The notes: a model not told the origin generated them from the sequence alone. A DNA stretch of 64,000 nt from Phoronis australis (GCA_002633005.1 NMRA01000009.1:212944-276943), one strand, 5' to 3'; shown: positions 14,301 to 29,300, numbered from the stretch's first letter. Numbers and translations: made by a program.

Positions 14301-17300
14301 TACAGAGATGTATTACACAAATGTGCCGGCACCAATCGATTTTTGGACAGATTCAACTACTGTCAGTGGTACCTCTTGTTAGTTTTTGCCTGCTCAAGTC
14401 ATTGCTTGTCGGCGAATTATCTTGAAATCACTTAACGGATCATGGTGACATTTGGCATTGACATGCCCCAGCACCAGTCGATTTTCGGAACAGATTTGGC
14501 TACTGTAGCACCACTTTTTGGCCATTTTAGTTTTTGACAAGACAGGTTGATTATCTCAAAAACGCATTTTGTATTTCAACCTAATTAAAAATCATGGGTT
14601 GTGGGTTGGAGAAATAAAAAAAAATATGGGTGGTGGGTAGGAAATGAAAGTGCCTTACCCCCTCCCATACATTTTTTACTGGAACAGTCCTTACTTAATC
14701 TTTAGTTATTTCTTGCAATGACATTGGAGATCAAAACATTCAAACATTGATCAATCAGTTGGACAATTCTGGCAAAACAAATATTGAATAAGCTGATCAC
14801 CCTCTTTGGGCAGCTGGCTAAGATGCTTAGGGTAAGGTGAACATGGCGATCATTACAAACACCATTAGAACATTAAAAGAGACGTAAACTTACTATTAAT
14901 AAATACATTAGTTGTGATTTGAATGAGACAAATAAGTTTGATGACTACAATAAATAAGTGAGACATGTCAGGATTAATCTGAGACTTGCACGTACTCTAC
15001 ACATGGCTAACAACTAGCAAAAGATAACTGTACACATGGCTAACAACTAGAAAAACATAACTGTACACATGGCTAACAACTAGCAAAACATAACTGTACA
15101 CATGGCTAACAACAAGCAAAACATAACTGTACACATGGCTAACAACTAGCAAAACATAACTGTACACATGGCTAACAACAAGCAAAACATAACTGTACAC
15201 ATCGCTAACAACAAGCAAAACATAACTGTACACATGGCTAACAACTAGCAAAACATAACTGTACACATGGCTTAAAAACCAGCAAAATATTTCTTCACAG
15301 TAAAAGCAGTACGATAATCCTAACTTTTCATTTCAAGGCCATAATTAAGTGACAATTTGGGAAAACATCACCATATCACACTATAGACAGCTGTGGCCAC
15401 CTTTTGAAAAGTAGAGGTACATGCAAGCACAAAAGGCAGCTGATCTAAATTTGTAAGGTTTAACCACTTGGCAAGAATACTCACAGCTACTCTAGTGATA
15501 ATCTTATCTCTTATGGTAGGTGATTTTTTTCTGAATTTTCTTCAAAATATTTTTTTCTATTTGAATCAACCAATCAGCAAGCCCAATTGATTATTACCTG
15601 GTAATTGCCCCAGAGGTTACACGAGTCATTGGTGTTTGCAGGTAGATAAGGTAGAAGGTCAGGTGGTTTAGTCTTGGGAAGGTTGTCCCAGTCTATGTCC
15701 TGGAAGAACGGGTGTGCCTTCAGCTCTGCATAGCCTCCCATCTCTGAACAACCCAGTCGCTTGGTCGGGTCTAGTACCTAGTCACATAAACAAACCAACA
15801 ATTGTAACTCAGGCCAGTAGTAGTTCTACATAGCTCAATATTAACTCAATTGTAACTCAGGCCAGTAGTAGTTCTACATAGCTCAATATTAACTCAATTG
15901 TAACTCAGGCCAGTAGTAGTTCTACATAGCTCAATATTAACTCAATTGTAACTCAGGCCAGTAGTAGTTCTACATAGCTCTATATTAACTCAATTGTAAC
16001 TCAGGCCAGTAGTAGTTCTACATAGCTCTATATTAACTCAATTGTAACTCAGGCCAGTAGTAGTTCTACATAGCTCAATATTAACTCTTGGTTATCTGAT
16101 AACACGTCATTATTTTGTTACTAAAAATGACAAGACACTCAATATCTTTGAATTCTTTGATACTGAATATATATAGTTATACATACTACAGAAAAACAAA
16201 ATTTGACTTGAGTTGGAAGCCCTGGGTGTAGTGTTGCTATCTTCGTTACACTACTACAATGGTCAAGTAGATACGTACACGTGAGTTATGTGTACAGTCA
16301 CACGGGTACTTACCAGTAACTTTTCTACAAGATCTCTCGCTTTTGGACAAAAGCCCTCAGGAAATTTATATTCCAGCTTCATAATTTTTTGAAAAATTTG
16401 ATAATCATTACTGAAAATGAATAGAAAATATCTGTATTAAAACTGGTAAAAAACAAGAGCAACGCGGAGTGTTGAAATGTGCCCACGAATGCATCACAAA
16501 TGGTGTGCTGTTAGGGTTGCTTATTTCGACATAAAAATGGCCACTAGATGGCGCAAAAACATACAATCCATCTGAAAACGGCAATATGTCATTGCTTATT
16601 TAATAGAAAGCTATACACCAAATTTCATAGAAATCCGTCATAGAACTTCAGAGAAACAAAGGAAAACAGAATAAAATGAAACTGACACTAGGGGGCACAG
16701 TGTTCATTGGATCCGCCTGAAAGTCGTCATTGTTAGCATCATATAAATACATTTACTAATTAAATTTAATACAGAACCTACAGTGGGTTTAGGAGATACA
16801 GCTATGGGCGCAAAACAAAACTACCACTAGGAGGCGCCACAGAAGTCAAAGTCGTCATCGTCAACTGTCCTCTTCACACTGAGAACATATACGCCAATTT
16901 TCAAAACCATCCTTACAATGATTTGACTCAAAAACAGCAAAAATAGCCACTAGGTGGCGCAAAATACACTGATTCCATCTGAAAACGGGAGGATAATGTC
17001 ATCTCACCAATAGATGCCCGTATTCAAAATTTCATGAAAATCTGTTGAGGATCTTTGAAGATACAGAGGTAAACGTAAAACTAAAATTACCACCACGGGG
17101 CATACCAGTAGTCAGATCCATCCCAAAATCATCGTCGTCTGTTGCCAACATCATATAAACACTTCTTAAATCCTGCAAGCGATTTAGGAGATATAGCCAT
17201 AGGAGCAAAAAAAGAAACTGCCATTAGGAGGTGCCACAGTAGTCAAAGTCATCGGAAAATCATAGTCAGCCGTCCACTTGACAGTAAAAACCTATATGCC

Positions 17301-20300
17301 AATATTCACAATTTCCCTGTAAGCGGTTTGGTTGACAGAGGGGTGGAGACGCCAAAAAACAGACACGAAAACGTTAAAAATGGCCACTAGGTGGTGCAAA
17401 CTACTACTAGGTCGAATCCATCTGAAAACGGATAGATAGCATCAACTCACTAACAGAAGCCTGTACGCCAAATTTTATGAAATTACGTTGAGGACCTTTG
17501 AAGATAAAGAGGTCAACGTAAAAAAATAAAATTGCCACTAGGTGGCACATTAGTCGTTAGAACTGTCCGAAAGTCATCATCGTCCATTGCCAACATCATA
17601 TAAATGCACTTACTAAATTTAGTAAAGATGCTACAAACGGTTCAGGAGATACAGCCATAGGCGCAAAAAAAACTGCCACTAGGAGGTGCCACAGTGGTCA
17701 AAGTCGTCGGAAAATCATCGTCAACCGTGCACTTCATAGTAAGAGCATACATGCCAATTTTCACAATCATCCTTTGAGCGGTTTGGTTGATAGAGGGGTG
17801 GACGTCAAAAACTCGAAAACAGTAAAAATGGCCACTAGGTCGTGCAAATTACATCGAATCCACCCGAAAACGAGTAGATACCGTCGTCTCACTAATAGAT
17901 GCCTATGTACTAAATTTTATGAAAATACGATGAGGACCTTTGAAGATACAGAGGTAAACGTAAAAAAACAAAATTGCCACTAGGGGGCACACCGGTGGTC
18001 GGATCCGTCCGAAAGTTCACTCATGGCATCCCATCAATGAAAGGAACACATGTGAAAAATTTTATGAACATACTTCAATCCCTTTTGAAGATAGATCAGC
18101 AGACAGCGGACGCCGGACGGACGGAGATGACGGCATAATGCATCCATATATAAATATGTGGGCGCATAAAAATGTAGCTGAGCTCTAATTCAAGGAAGTT
18201 GCCAAAAAAGTTTGTAGACAGTCATCAATAATACAAAACAGCACTTTTTCATAAACTAGAACATTAAAACAAGTTCACACTAGGCAGCCCCAGCAAAACA
18301 ACGACAGTTTGAACTCATAATCTTGATTTGTGGTTTAAGTGCAGAGCACATCTTGTACTATACAGGACATGTATCATAATGTAGCTGTACTATAGGTGAC
18401 ATGTATCATAATGTAGCTGTACTATACATGACATGTATCATAATGTAGCTGTACTATACCTGACATGTATCGTAATGTAGCTGTACTATAGGTGACATGT
18501 ATCATAATGTAGCTGTACTATACGTGACATGTATCATAATGTAGCTGTACTATAGGTGACATGTATCATAATGGAGCTGTACTATACGTGACATGTATCA
18601 TAATGTAGCTGTACTATACGTGACATGTATCATAATGGAGCTGTACACAAAATGAAAGAAATAAACTTGAATATTGCATACTTTAGTAGAGGAATAAATA
18701 TAAAAATCAAGTTGAAGGTCAATTTTGTGACATGTATCTTGGATCTTGATATCAAACTGGCCTGAAAACCTTTCATTGAGTTGAGGTAGTGCTGATACAC
18801 AATGAAAGATTGTGCCTAACATAAACTGCGGTAAAGATATACTCACCTTCCCCTGAATGGAGGTAGTCCTGATAACAACTGGTATACGATTGCCCCTAAT
18901 GCCCACAGGTCAGAACTGAAAATACAATAACAGAAATAATTTGAGTAAAACTTAAAAATTCGTAATATAGCATACAAACCAATTTCTAACAACAATGCAG
19001 TGTCAGTTTGGGTTCACATAATCCTAAACAAAAATCGCAGAAGTCATAAGTACAAAGATAAGTTGTCAGTAAACAGAAGTAGTAGTCTTACTAAAGTGTG
19101 ACTATGTCATAAAGATAAATAAACCACTTTTGTAGTGAGAAAATCCTTACACTGAATGTCCATGGACATTTTTGTACATTGAGCGGCCATGGACACTTTT
19201 AACATCATAAAGATACATAAGTGTAGTTTTCCAATTATTGATTTAGTTAGTTTTAGAAACTTCTAAATGAATGACTTTATAACTGTCTTTGATGACCCAG
19301 CAAGAGTTATGAAATGAAATATTTATGAAATGAAATATTTAACCTGCTTTATAATCACATTAGGCCACGCAAAAAAATAAGTTACACATAATATCTAGGA
19401 ACACCAGATTTTTTAAAACCACTAAACTCCTGTTCAAGTACCATTAGATCTCACCTGTAAAAGCTATTTTTACTGGTAAGGACCTCTGGTGACACATACT
19501 GTGCTGTGCCAACAAATGAGTTCCTTCGTAGACTAGACCTGTTGGGTTCAGTAGTATTGTCTGTAACAGATGATGCCTGTATGTATGAGATGATGTATGT
19601 ATGTAGACAAAAGATGACGCATGTATGTAGACAAGAGATGATGTATGTATGTATGTAGACAAGAGATGATGTATGTATGTAGACAAGAGATGATGTATGT
19701 ATGTAGACAAGAGATGATGTGTGTATGTAGACAAGAGATGATGTATGTATGTAGACAAGAGATGATGTATGTATGTATGTAGACAAGAGATGATGTATGT
19801 ATGCAGACAAGAGATGATGTATGTATGTAGACAAGAGATGATGTATGTATGTAGACAAGAGATGATGTATGTATGTATGTAGACAAGAGATGATGTATGT
19901 ATGTAGACAAGAGATGGAGATAATACATATATGTAGACAAGCAAACAAATACATACTTATCTTATTTAACCACAGTAGTGAGTGATTTTCAAACTTACTG
20001 ATTTTTAGTTGAAAGTTACCTCAAGATGTAAAATTTTACCAAGATCTACATATTCAACAATTTTTGAATGATGAAACAGGACAATCAATCTATATTTAAG
20101 AACCAGTCAATGTCTAATCAGGGTTCCACCTTCAGGTTATACAGGACCTTATCAACTAGTTTGTCTATTTAGTCAAATATCTACAAAACTAGAGATTTTA
20201 ACTCAATAAAAGTATTTATTTTCTGACACTAAAACGCCTGAAGAATTAGGTGTTTGGCTTTATAGCAATCTGCTATTAACTGAGGTCATGTGACCATATA

Positions 20301-23300
20301 TTTTTATTAAAATTTATCAGAGAAAGGTAGATCCCTAGCAATGCGATGGTATCAATAACATGAACATATTTTGTTGGATATAAATGCTTAGGATGAAATC
20401 TCAAAAACTCTATTATAGTTTTCTAAATTATCATTCTGTTTTTATTTTATGCAACTTTCGTTTCTATCCAAAAGTGAAACATTTTAAAACCAATTTCTAA
20501 CAGTGTTTTAGAGAAAAGTGCATAAAGCATAGTATCTGAAAGTTTCATATGAGTCCAATCGGCCATGTCTGAGATATGATGTTTCAAACTTTGCCAAGTT
20601 TGAACATTTTAAGGGTCACAACCTTAAGTGGAAGTGCAACTGTATCAGTTTGGAAGCTGCAAATATCAGATAAGTAAAGTTGCTCCAATTTAGAACACAT
20701 TAGACAGGTAAATGGAAATTGTCAATTGTGTCAACACAGTATGTGAACAAAATACTCACACCAGTTTTACTGAGGTTAAAATTATACAGTTATCACTGAC
20801 CAAATGTAATATTAAGGGTTCTTACAATTATTTTGTACAAATTTGACAATTTAGAGTAATCATAAATAAGCAAGCAGGTTCATACCTGTAGTAGTGTTAT
20901 TGTCTCCCTTGATAATCTTGGCTGAGCCAAAGTCTGTGATTTGTATATGCATCTGATCACTCATCAGAATGTTCTCAGGCTTCAGATCCCTACCAACAGG
21001 GGGAGCATGCAAAGTTAACAGTGACTGCCCTGGTGTCATTCAAATCACATTAGACTAAATTCTCCCGAGATGACTCTCAGTTCTCAGACCAATTTTGGCC
21101 AGTAGCCATGGATTAAAATAAACAGCTATCTGCAAAACTGATGACTAGTACACAACACTTTAGAGCATGCATACAGTCTTCATATTTTTGTGCTGTATTT
21201 CATACACAAAAGCTTATGACCTATGAAGGTGACAAAATTAATTGATTCAAGCAAGTTATTCATTCTTTCACACAGTGAACAAAACACAGCCTCAAAACAA
21301 TTCTACAACAAAATGCATAAAGGTATATTTATACAGCATTATAGAACAAAAAACAAGTCGCAGGATAAAGACCTATACAGAATAAAAATACTATTAAAAT
21401 GGACAAGACAAACTTCACAAAAATAAGAAAATTCTAAACTGTTGCAGCTAATGCTGCTTCAGTAGTGGCTATGATACGTTCAGGTTGACATTAATGGTAA
21501 GTCTATGTTGACAAGGAGTACCTGTGTATTATATTCAAGCTGTGCAGGTGTTCCAACGCTAGAACTATCTCGGCAGCATAGAAACTGGTGCAGACCTCGT
21601 CGAATGAGCCCAGCTTGTGAATGTAGTCGAGGAGTTCACCACGTGGTGCATAGGTTAACACAAAGTCTGAACTTGGTTAAGGAATGTGTCAGAATAAATA
21701 TAGATAAAGTAATTAGCAAGAATAGATCCATTTTAAGTCATTGACCAAAAGTTGTGCACTTGTACTTTTAAATCATGCAGTCAAACTTGCTGACATGTAC
21801 TTTGTCAAAATCTATTTTTAAATGGTGTTTACAGCTTTGGGTTCTGGGGTCAAAGTACTCTAGAGATTCTAGAAAATTCTGAGAACAAACTGTAACAACC
21901 AATGATATGATTGGATATGATCATGCAGTTTTTATTAACCAATCACTTAATAAGTAGAATATTATAATATGGACTTAAGTAAAAAAGAAATTCAGATAAG
22001 CCATTGTAGTTGAAGCCTAAAGACTTGCTACAGTGTACAGAGGAAATTGTACGACAGAGCCATCTCATGGAAGATTCTAGAAAGGATCTTGGCAAGGGCA
22101 AGGGTTAATGAACAGGAAGTTAACTAAGAGCTTGTCACTTGCATCGTGGGTAGTAAGGTACTACCTGAAGTGTTGCGTCACTAGCCAGAGACTGTGACCA
22201 GCATGAAGAATCTCGGGTACGGTAGAAGAAATTGCCTGCAAGTGTTGCATCACCAGAGACAGTGACCAGCAAGTACACTGTCGCTATACAGTGTATGTAG
22301 TTCAAAGATTCACCAACAGGACAGACGTCCAACAAGTGGAGAGTCCTAGCTTGGATAGTATATAAGACATTTGATTATTTTGGTTGATTGATTAAAGTAA
22401 TCTTTAAAGAGGCTGCTAGTGTAGTTACTCTTCTTTGTAGTTGATTACTTAATTAACAACAGGTTTCACTTGTCTAATTAGGGGTTATCATATAATAAAT
22501 TAATTACTGGATTTGATTATTCACATTCCATATACGCACAATCCCAAAGCATATCTACCCTTTAAACAAACCCACAGTCAATCTCTGACAGAAAGTACAA
22601 GCAGTAAATAAATATAGAACACTGTACAATACAATACAATACAATACAATACCATACAACACAATACAATACAATACAATTAATTTACAGTCAATGAGGG
22701 CAGTAACAACTCTGATGTGATCAAGATGATGGTGGTGATGGTGTTTGTGGTAATGACAAGTGTATGATTGTCTACCTTGCGGCATATAAACTTTTTACAA
22801 TAGAAATGTACTGATAAAAAATGTACCGCAGGACCCGATAAGTGCACCAAATGACCTCAAAATTTGCAATTGAATTTTTTTTAGATATACCAATCATATA
22901 CCTAAATTTGAAGCATCTCAATTTTTATGTCTGCAAAAAGTAACCTTTGACCTATAACATCTGATTGGATGATTGAAATGGTTAGAAAAGTAATTCCTGA
23001 AATGGTGAGGTTGCCCGACAAAAAATATATCCATCAAACTTTGAGAGAAATACCATTTTGAATATTAGATATCTTGCCATTAATTAATCTCTTTTTAAAA
23101 ATTTGATAATTTTTCACCAATTGACCATTTTCATCATGGTCATAATAGTAAAATAACAGTAAATCAACCCAAAGCGTAGACAATGTTGAAAATAGCGACA
23201 TTTAGCTGTTGATGCAGTAGAATACAAGTTGTACTGAATGAAAAAGTCGAAATTTTAGAAGACATACACATAATGACCTCAAAATTAGGGATCGAAACTT

Positions 23301-26300
23301 ATTTACAGGTACTAATCACATATGTAAATTTAAAGTCATAGGCACTCAGTAAACTTTGGACTGTAAACTCTGATTGGATGGCTGAATAGCATAGAAAAGC
23401 AACTTTTTTAATTGGCATGTTGGCTTACACCTGTGTACAGAAGCTGAAAGCATACCTTCAAACTATAGGAGAAATAACATTTTCAAAATTAGCTGTCTCT
23501 TGTACCAATTGACATCTTCCAGGGCACTTTGTGATATAAAGATATTTTCTAATTTTACGTACTGACACAGGAAGGCGCAGAGTAATTACTAACAATATCA
23601 TCATACTGTATGGTACACAAGATGCAGAAACATAAGGAAGATGAAGTTTACTGTCAAAGGCTTATGTATCATTGGTGAGCAGGCTAAAAATATAAGAAAG
23701 ATCAGGGTTATTGTCAAAGGCTTAGGGCTGTTCCAGCAAAATCTGTATGGGAGGGGGGAAGGCACTTTTATTTCGTACCCACCGCCCATATTTTTCATTT
23801 ATTTCTCCAACCCATGACCCATAATTTTTTAATTATTTTTAATACGTTAAAATATAAAATCCAACACTTACAAGCAAGTTTCCTCCAGGAGGACCTCTTA
23901 AGAACTTAGATGATTGACAGACAAGAACTAGTTATCTTGTCCAATATTGTCAAAAACTAAATAGCTCACTTGCGAGTTTCTCGTTAGTCACTTTGACGTC
24001 ACCGGAAAGGGGGCAAAACCCGCCATATTGCTCTTGTTTTGCCCCGAGTCTTTGCTACACACGCTAAAACTTACTGGAGTTCTTATGGTGAATTTTACAC
24101 TTAAAACGTTAAAACAACTTAAGATATGGTAGATGGGTCGTGGAATAACTGTGAATGGACGAAGAAAATGTGAACTTGTTATGTTGTGCGAAGCTGTGAA
24201 CGGACTGATATTGGAACTTAACCCGCTCTAGGCCTGAATGGTGCAGGCATACAGGGGCAATAGTGTATCCCCATAAAAATATATTCATTTCAAAATAAAA
24301 TCAAATGAAACATGCATATGTGCACATGAAGTTATAATTAACATATACCCTGACTCTGGACACAATTTAGTCTACAAATAACTTGAGCATATTCATGAAA
24401 ACCTCGCGGTTCTCTCGAGTTTCTCTCACTAGCCGCCATTTTGAGGAAGTTACGTGAAATCACGCCTGTTGACGAACAAAAAGTCCAAGGGACACAAATC
24501 TTACAAATTTCACTTGATATTTTCTCATGCTATTTTGCAAGTGTCACGCGCTAGGTCACGCGCCAGATCTCGCGCTTCGCTCAGTCTCGCGCTAGCCTTT
24601 GCCTCATACTCACCTGACTCAGTTGAAATACTTGATTGTGGTTATCGCGCGCGCGCGGACAAAGTTAACAGTAACCACAAAGTGGAGTTGGAATTCTTCA
24701 CCAAAATCACCTGAATTCCCGTATATATGCTTCATTGAAGATATGTTTAGAAGCAGAAAGAGTCACTGAAGAAAGTAAGAGCCTTTTAGGTGGTAATTTT
24801 AGGTGTAGAATGTATTTTTGACGAGGTGAAAACTTTATCAGTGAGCGGATTTCGCCTACCGCCCGTTTAAAATACACGGGACGAAATTAGTACAGAACGC
24901 GATAGAACGTATTGCAGTGCGAATCTGAAGTTCATTTGCCATAACAGCAATGCTTTTTGGGCATTTTTCGAACTAAACGGCTAAAAACTCGAAGACAATA
25001 ATAGAATACACTCTGTTACCGTATTGGGCAAATGACCAAATGACAAGCTTTTGCCCACTTCCCGTGACGTCACAGTTAAGTCTCACATAATCTTGCGTTA
25101 TTGTTATAAACTCGCAAAAGGCCTATTAGCCTGTGAGCAATACTTTTGGCAGCCACCAGGTGTCTCTGTTCACCATGTGTCTATAATTTCAGTGAACATT
25201 TTTTCATTTATAAGGATCTATGAATCTCAAACTGTCTCCACGAACTCTTTTATACTTCTATGTCAAGTGAATATTGGAACTTGTTTATCTTACTCCTCAT
25301 ACTTTTTATTTAAAAATCATCAATTTTCTTATATGTGTTAACACCAGTTTAGTGTTGCATAACTTTTCAATTCAATAGGACTGCAGACAAACAGTTGGCT
25401 CAAATCGAGTTACCCATGACTTGATTAATGGCTTAGTGAACATATTGCACTCTGTTCACTGGCAAAATGGGCTTTTTTGTATTGGGATAAGTTAGGATAT
25501 ATGCCAATTGCGTTTTGTTGAGTTTTGACGGCTGAAGTAACCAACCTGTCAACATTCACAGGTCAAAAAATACCACCCATTTTTAATGCATCACTTCTTA
25601 CAAGAACAACCACCCATAATTTGATTTTTTTCTGAAGACCACCACCCATGAATTTTTATTTCTACTGCTGTCCCCCCCCTCCCACACGGATTTTACTGGA
25701 ACAGCCCTTAGGTAACATTGGTGAGAAGGCTACAAATTCTGAACAATACTCCACGAGTATACAAAAGAGTAAAAACTTGAAGCAGATGTTACTGTTCATG
25801 AAACATCCAATGAAAAATTTACTAAACCTGTGACACATAGTTCACTGAAATAAAGATTGTCAGCAAACGGCTCAAACTAAGCAAATTCTGACTACAAACC
25901 CCTCAATAAGCTAAAAAATCAAATTCTGAGAACAAATTCAGTGTTCTCCACGACCACTTTTAACGTGTCACAGCGTCCAGTTTGGCCGAGCACGCGTCCT
26001 GTTTAAATGTCCCACGTCCTGTTTAAAAATAAAGGGATTACTTTGTAAAAAAGGCATGGTCGTCATTAATAAGGTCTTCGTTGGTTCAAATTACACTTGG
26101 TAGCAACTGGCCATAGCCCATTGAAACTGAATAAAGTCTAAGTGGTCAGTTGTGGACAGCCTACGCACCTGTCTCACCAAGCGGCAGACTGGGCCGCTAG
26201 TCTACTTATGGTGTAACGCGGTGTGTAAATAATCTCTCAATTATCTTTTCAATTCATCTCAAACAACTAGTCATAGTCAATTGAATTTAAACAAAGACCC

Positions 26301-29300
26301 CTTGCTAGGCCTAATCCACTAACTGCTCACTGGAGATGCAGTCCGGCATGAAATTCGTTGATCGTTAGGTTAGGCCTATTCGCTTTCGTAGTCACCTTTT
26401 TGTGTTCGGCGGACAACTTATCATATTACCCATTGAAAATAATTAAGGCTCGGTGGTTAGTTATATGTTGTCAGCAAAGACACCGTTGCGCAGCAGTTTA
26501 TACAACGGCCGTCTTCTGGGAGGTCAGAATTTTGGTTTAGGTAGCACATTTTTCAATATTCCGTGGGCCCCACGACACAGACTTCACCGATACTAGTCTC
26601 AACAAACATTTGCATGAAACTGCTTTTGATGGTTCTCATTGGTTGTTGTTTGTGTACTTCTCACTTAGATGAATATTATTGGTTACTTTTGGTGCCACCG
26701 ACCCATTGAGATTGAAAGGAGTTTCGTTGGGAGCATGAACATTATATCTGTGGCGCATACTCCCTCTAAAAATCTGCCACGCCGTTCACAAAAGCAACTT
26801 CGGAAGTGGACGTGAGTGAAGTTTGCGGTTTCGGAGAGTATTCCGAGATTTGGGACAGCGGTTGACGTCACTGAGCAAAGTTCAAAATATATGTCTTGCC
26901 CTGAGAAATTGTAGCCAAAATCACGTGCTCTCTTTGAAATCACACAGTAATATCTTGCGTAATCCCGCAGTCTTGTTTACCTAGCGTGGACCTTACGTTA
27001 GTGAATTCTATCCTGGCTTCCGTCACTGATTGACATGCACATTCTTCATACTTAGAAATGTCGTCTGCCGCGGGAAGGCGAAGAACTGCTAAGCCTAAAC
27101 CTGAATTATTTTAAAAACCGAGAGATGTTTCAGATACTGACGTTAACTGAGATGCAGATACAACAGATAATCCAGGGTCGAATAGTGGTGATACTGCCAG
27201 GCTCGAATCGCAAATATCCATGTCACAAACAGTGAACCGAATTTTTGCCGACAACGTCAGACATCGGCAATACAAATGAATACAATTTGCTCTAACTTGA
27301 GAATAGACGGTTTTCATCAGGAAAAATGAGTTTGTGGCAATCCTGAAAATTATGGGAATTCCAAAGTTGCAAGCGTTTGATAATCCAGTTGACATCTTTA
27401 TAGAAATATTGGTTGTCATCAACAGGCCCAACACTCCCGTCCAAGTAGATGGAAAACGCACATGAATTTTTTTGTTTACTCTACCTAGGGTCCTAGGGCT
27501 AGGCTAATTTGCATTCATAAGGGAGGACTCGCATATTGTGCAGTTCTTACAAGTTCTGGTAGTGCAGAAGTTTAATGTTGTACCAGCTTCAGAACATCGA
27601 ATTCAGACTATAAGAATGCTGTGCAAGACATTTCACTTACAGACTGAGGGAAAACGTAGACTATGCTATCAAGACAAAAATGTGAGTGACTTTACAAAGA
27701 CTCTTCACTTGGACTGTCTACTTCATGAGAAAAGTTTACTTCTGTGTTAGACTTTTTGTACTTAGTTGACATTGACATTTCAATTATTGAGTAGCCTAAA
27801 ACATTTCAGCATACTAAACAAATGGATTATGGCATATGTGACATGTTTCTAAATAAGTCCAACTTTTAAAAATGAAAGTTGAATAAACACAGTTATTTGG
27901 TTGCACTACTGTGCATTACTATCAAAATGCGTGGGTAAAAATAAGGTGCACACTAGCTTATGGAGAACTTTGACCGCCGCGCGGTTCCGGCACATTGCAG
28001 TTTTTATGCCTGTGACCTGATTTTCAGACGTGGAGAACACTGAAATATGAAAGAGAAGTGGCTTAGTCGGGAGAACACTGATATTTGAAGGAGAAGTGGT
28101 TTGGCTGGTTAAACATGTGGAAAAGCAGTTTTACTTGCAAAGAACATAACTTTCAAGCTGATGAAAGTTTTATCACAGTTTGTTTCCTTATAATATGTTC
28201 TACCACATGCATGTATGCACACCTCTAAAGGATACACAGCCTTGTCTGATCTTGAAATGTGTAGTACATTCTCACAAAGAATGGATGGTTAAGCTTGGAA
28301 AACACATCCTTCTCTCGCATAACATATTCCGACTTCCTCTCATTCAATATATGTTGCTTTTCTAAAGCTTTTACTGAAACAGAAAGAACATCCATCTGTA
28401 TGAACAGATAACACACAAGACAATATCACTCGCATTATTAAAACATATGCTAATGTGCACTTTTATGATGTCAAGCAACAAACCAGGACTCGAAGTAATA
28501 ATCTTTTTACTCGAGATTGAACTTGAAATTATCATTTTCTATTCTACTTATGTGCAAACTCAAACTGAATGTCTATTATTCTAGGCTCAAGTATATAATG
28601 ACTGTGGACAGCCGTCTAATCATAGTTTGCACTTAATTACTCCATCATTAAGGCAAAAAATTAAGTCTAAATGAACTATCGAGTTTTCACTTGTCCACGA
28701 GTTTTTAGCTCGAATCTAGAGGTCATCAAATGAGAACTTGGACCAAAAATTCATTTGCATAAACCATAATCTACTCCAGCACAGAATAATAAACAATCTA
28801 TCTTATTAAGCTTGCACAAAAGTTATCTGGAAAATTCCCAAAATAATTTTAGTTTGATTTTGAGTAGAAAAATTAGAACATGGCTCCAGGTCAACTGAGG
28901 CCTATTGTGTGCTTTATGTTAAGTATCAACTTGAGAAATATTCGAATTGTTAAAAATGATAACAAGGCAAAGCTCCTTATCTAGCCATGACATGACAGAC
29001 AAAACAGAAGTGCCTGTATTAATTTGGAAATCAACATAAGCCACACAATCCTGAATAGGAAAACATCCGCAATATTTTATGACTCTCCTTCATAGGGTTT
29101 GATAAATAGGAGAGATTTATGCAAAAAACGGACACCAAAGTGCTACTAAATTGCCACTAAGAGTTGTAACATATGCCAAATTTCCTGAAGACCCATCAAG
29201 GAACTACGTAGATACAGAGGTGGGCCCCCAAAAGGAGCTTAAAAAGGTGGTATTGGTCTGAAAGAGAGCGAATGCACCTGCCAAAATTTAAGAAAATTAA

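Larger units (their letters stand above)
21667..28235 (-). other. U12-type (minor spliceosome) GT-AG intron of PDPK1
   Basis: 5' splice site GTATCCTTT at 28235-28227; branch point TTCCTTAAC at 21684-21676, 9 nt before the exon; no polypyrimidine tract. Confidence 0.9.

Noticed and set aside
19444-19954. 166/167/130-aa ORFs
   Set aside because: Only 19560-19455 is a real exon; the rest is minisatellite.
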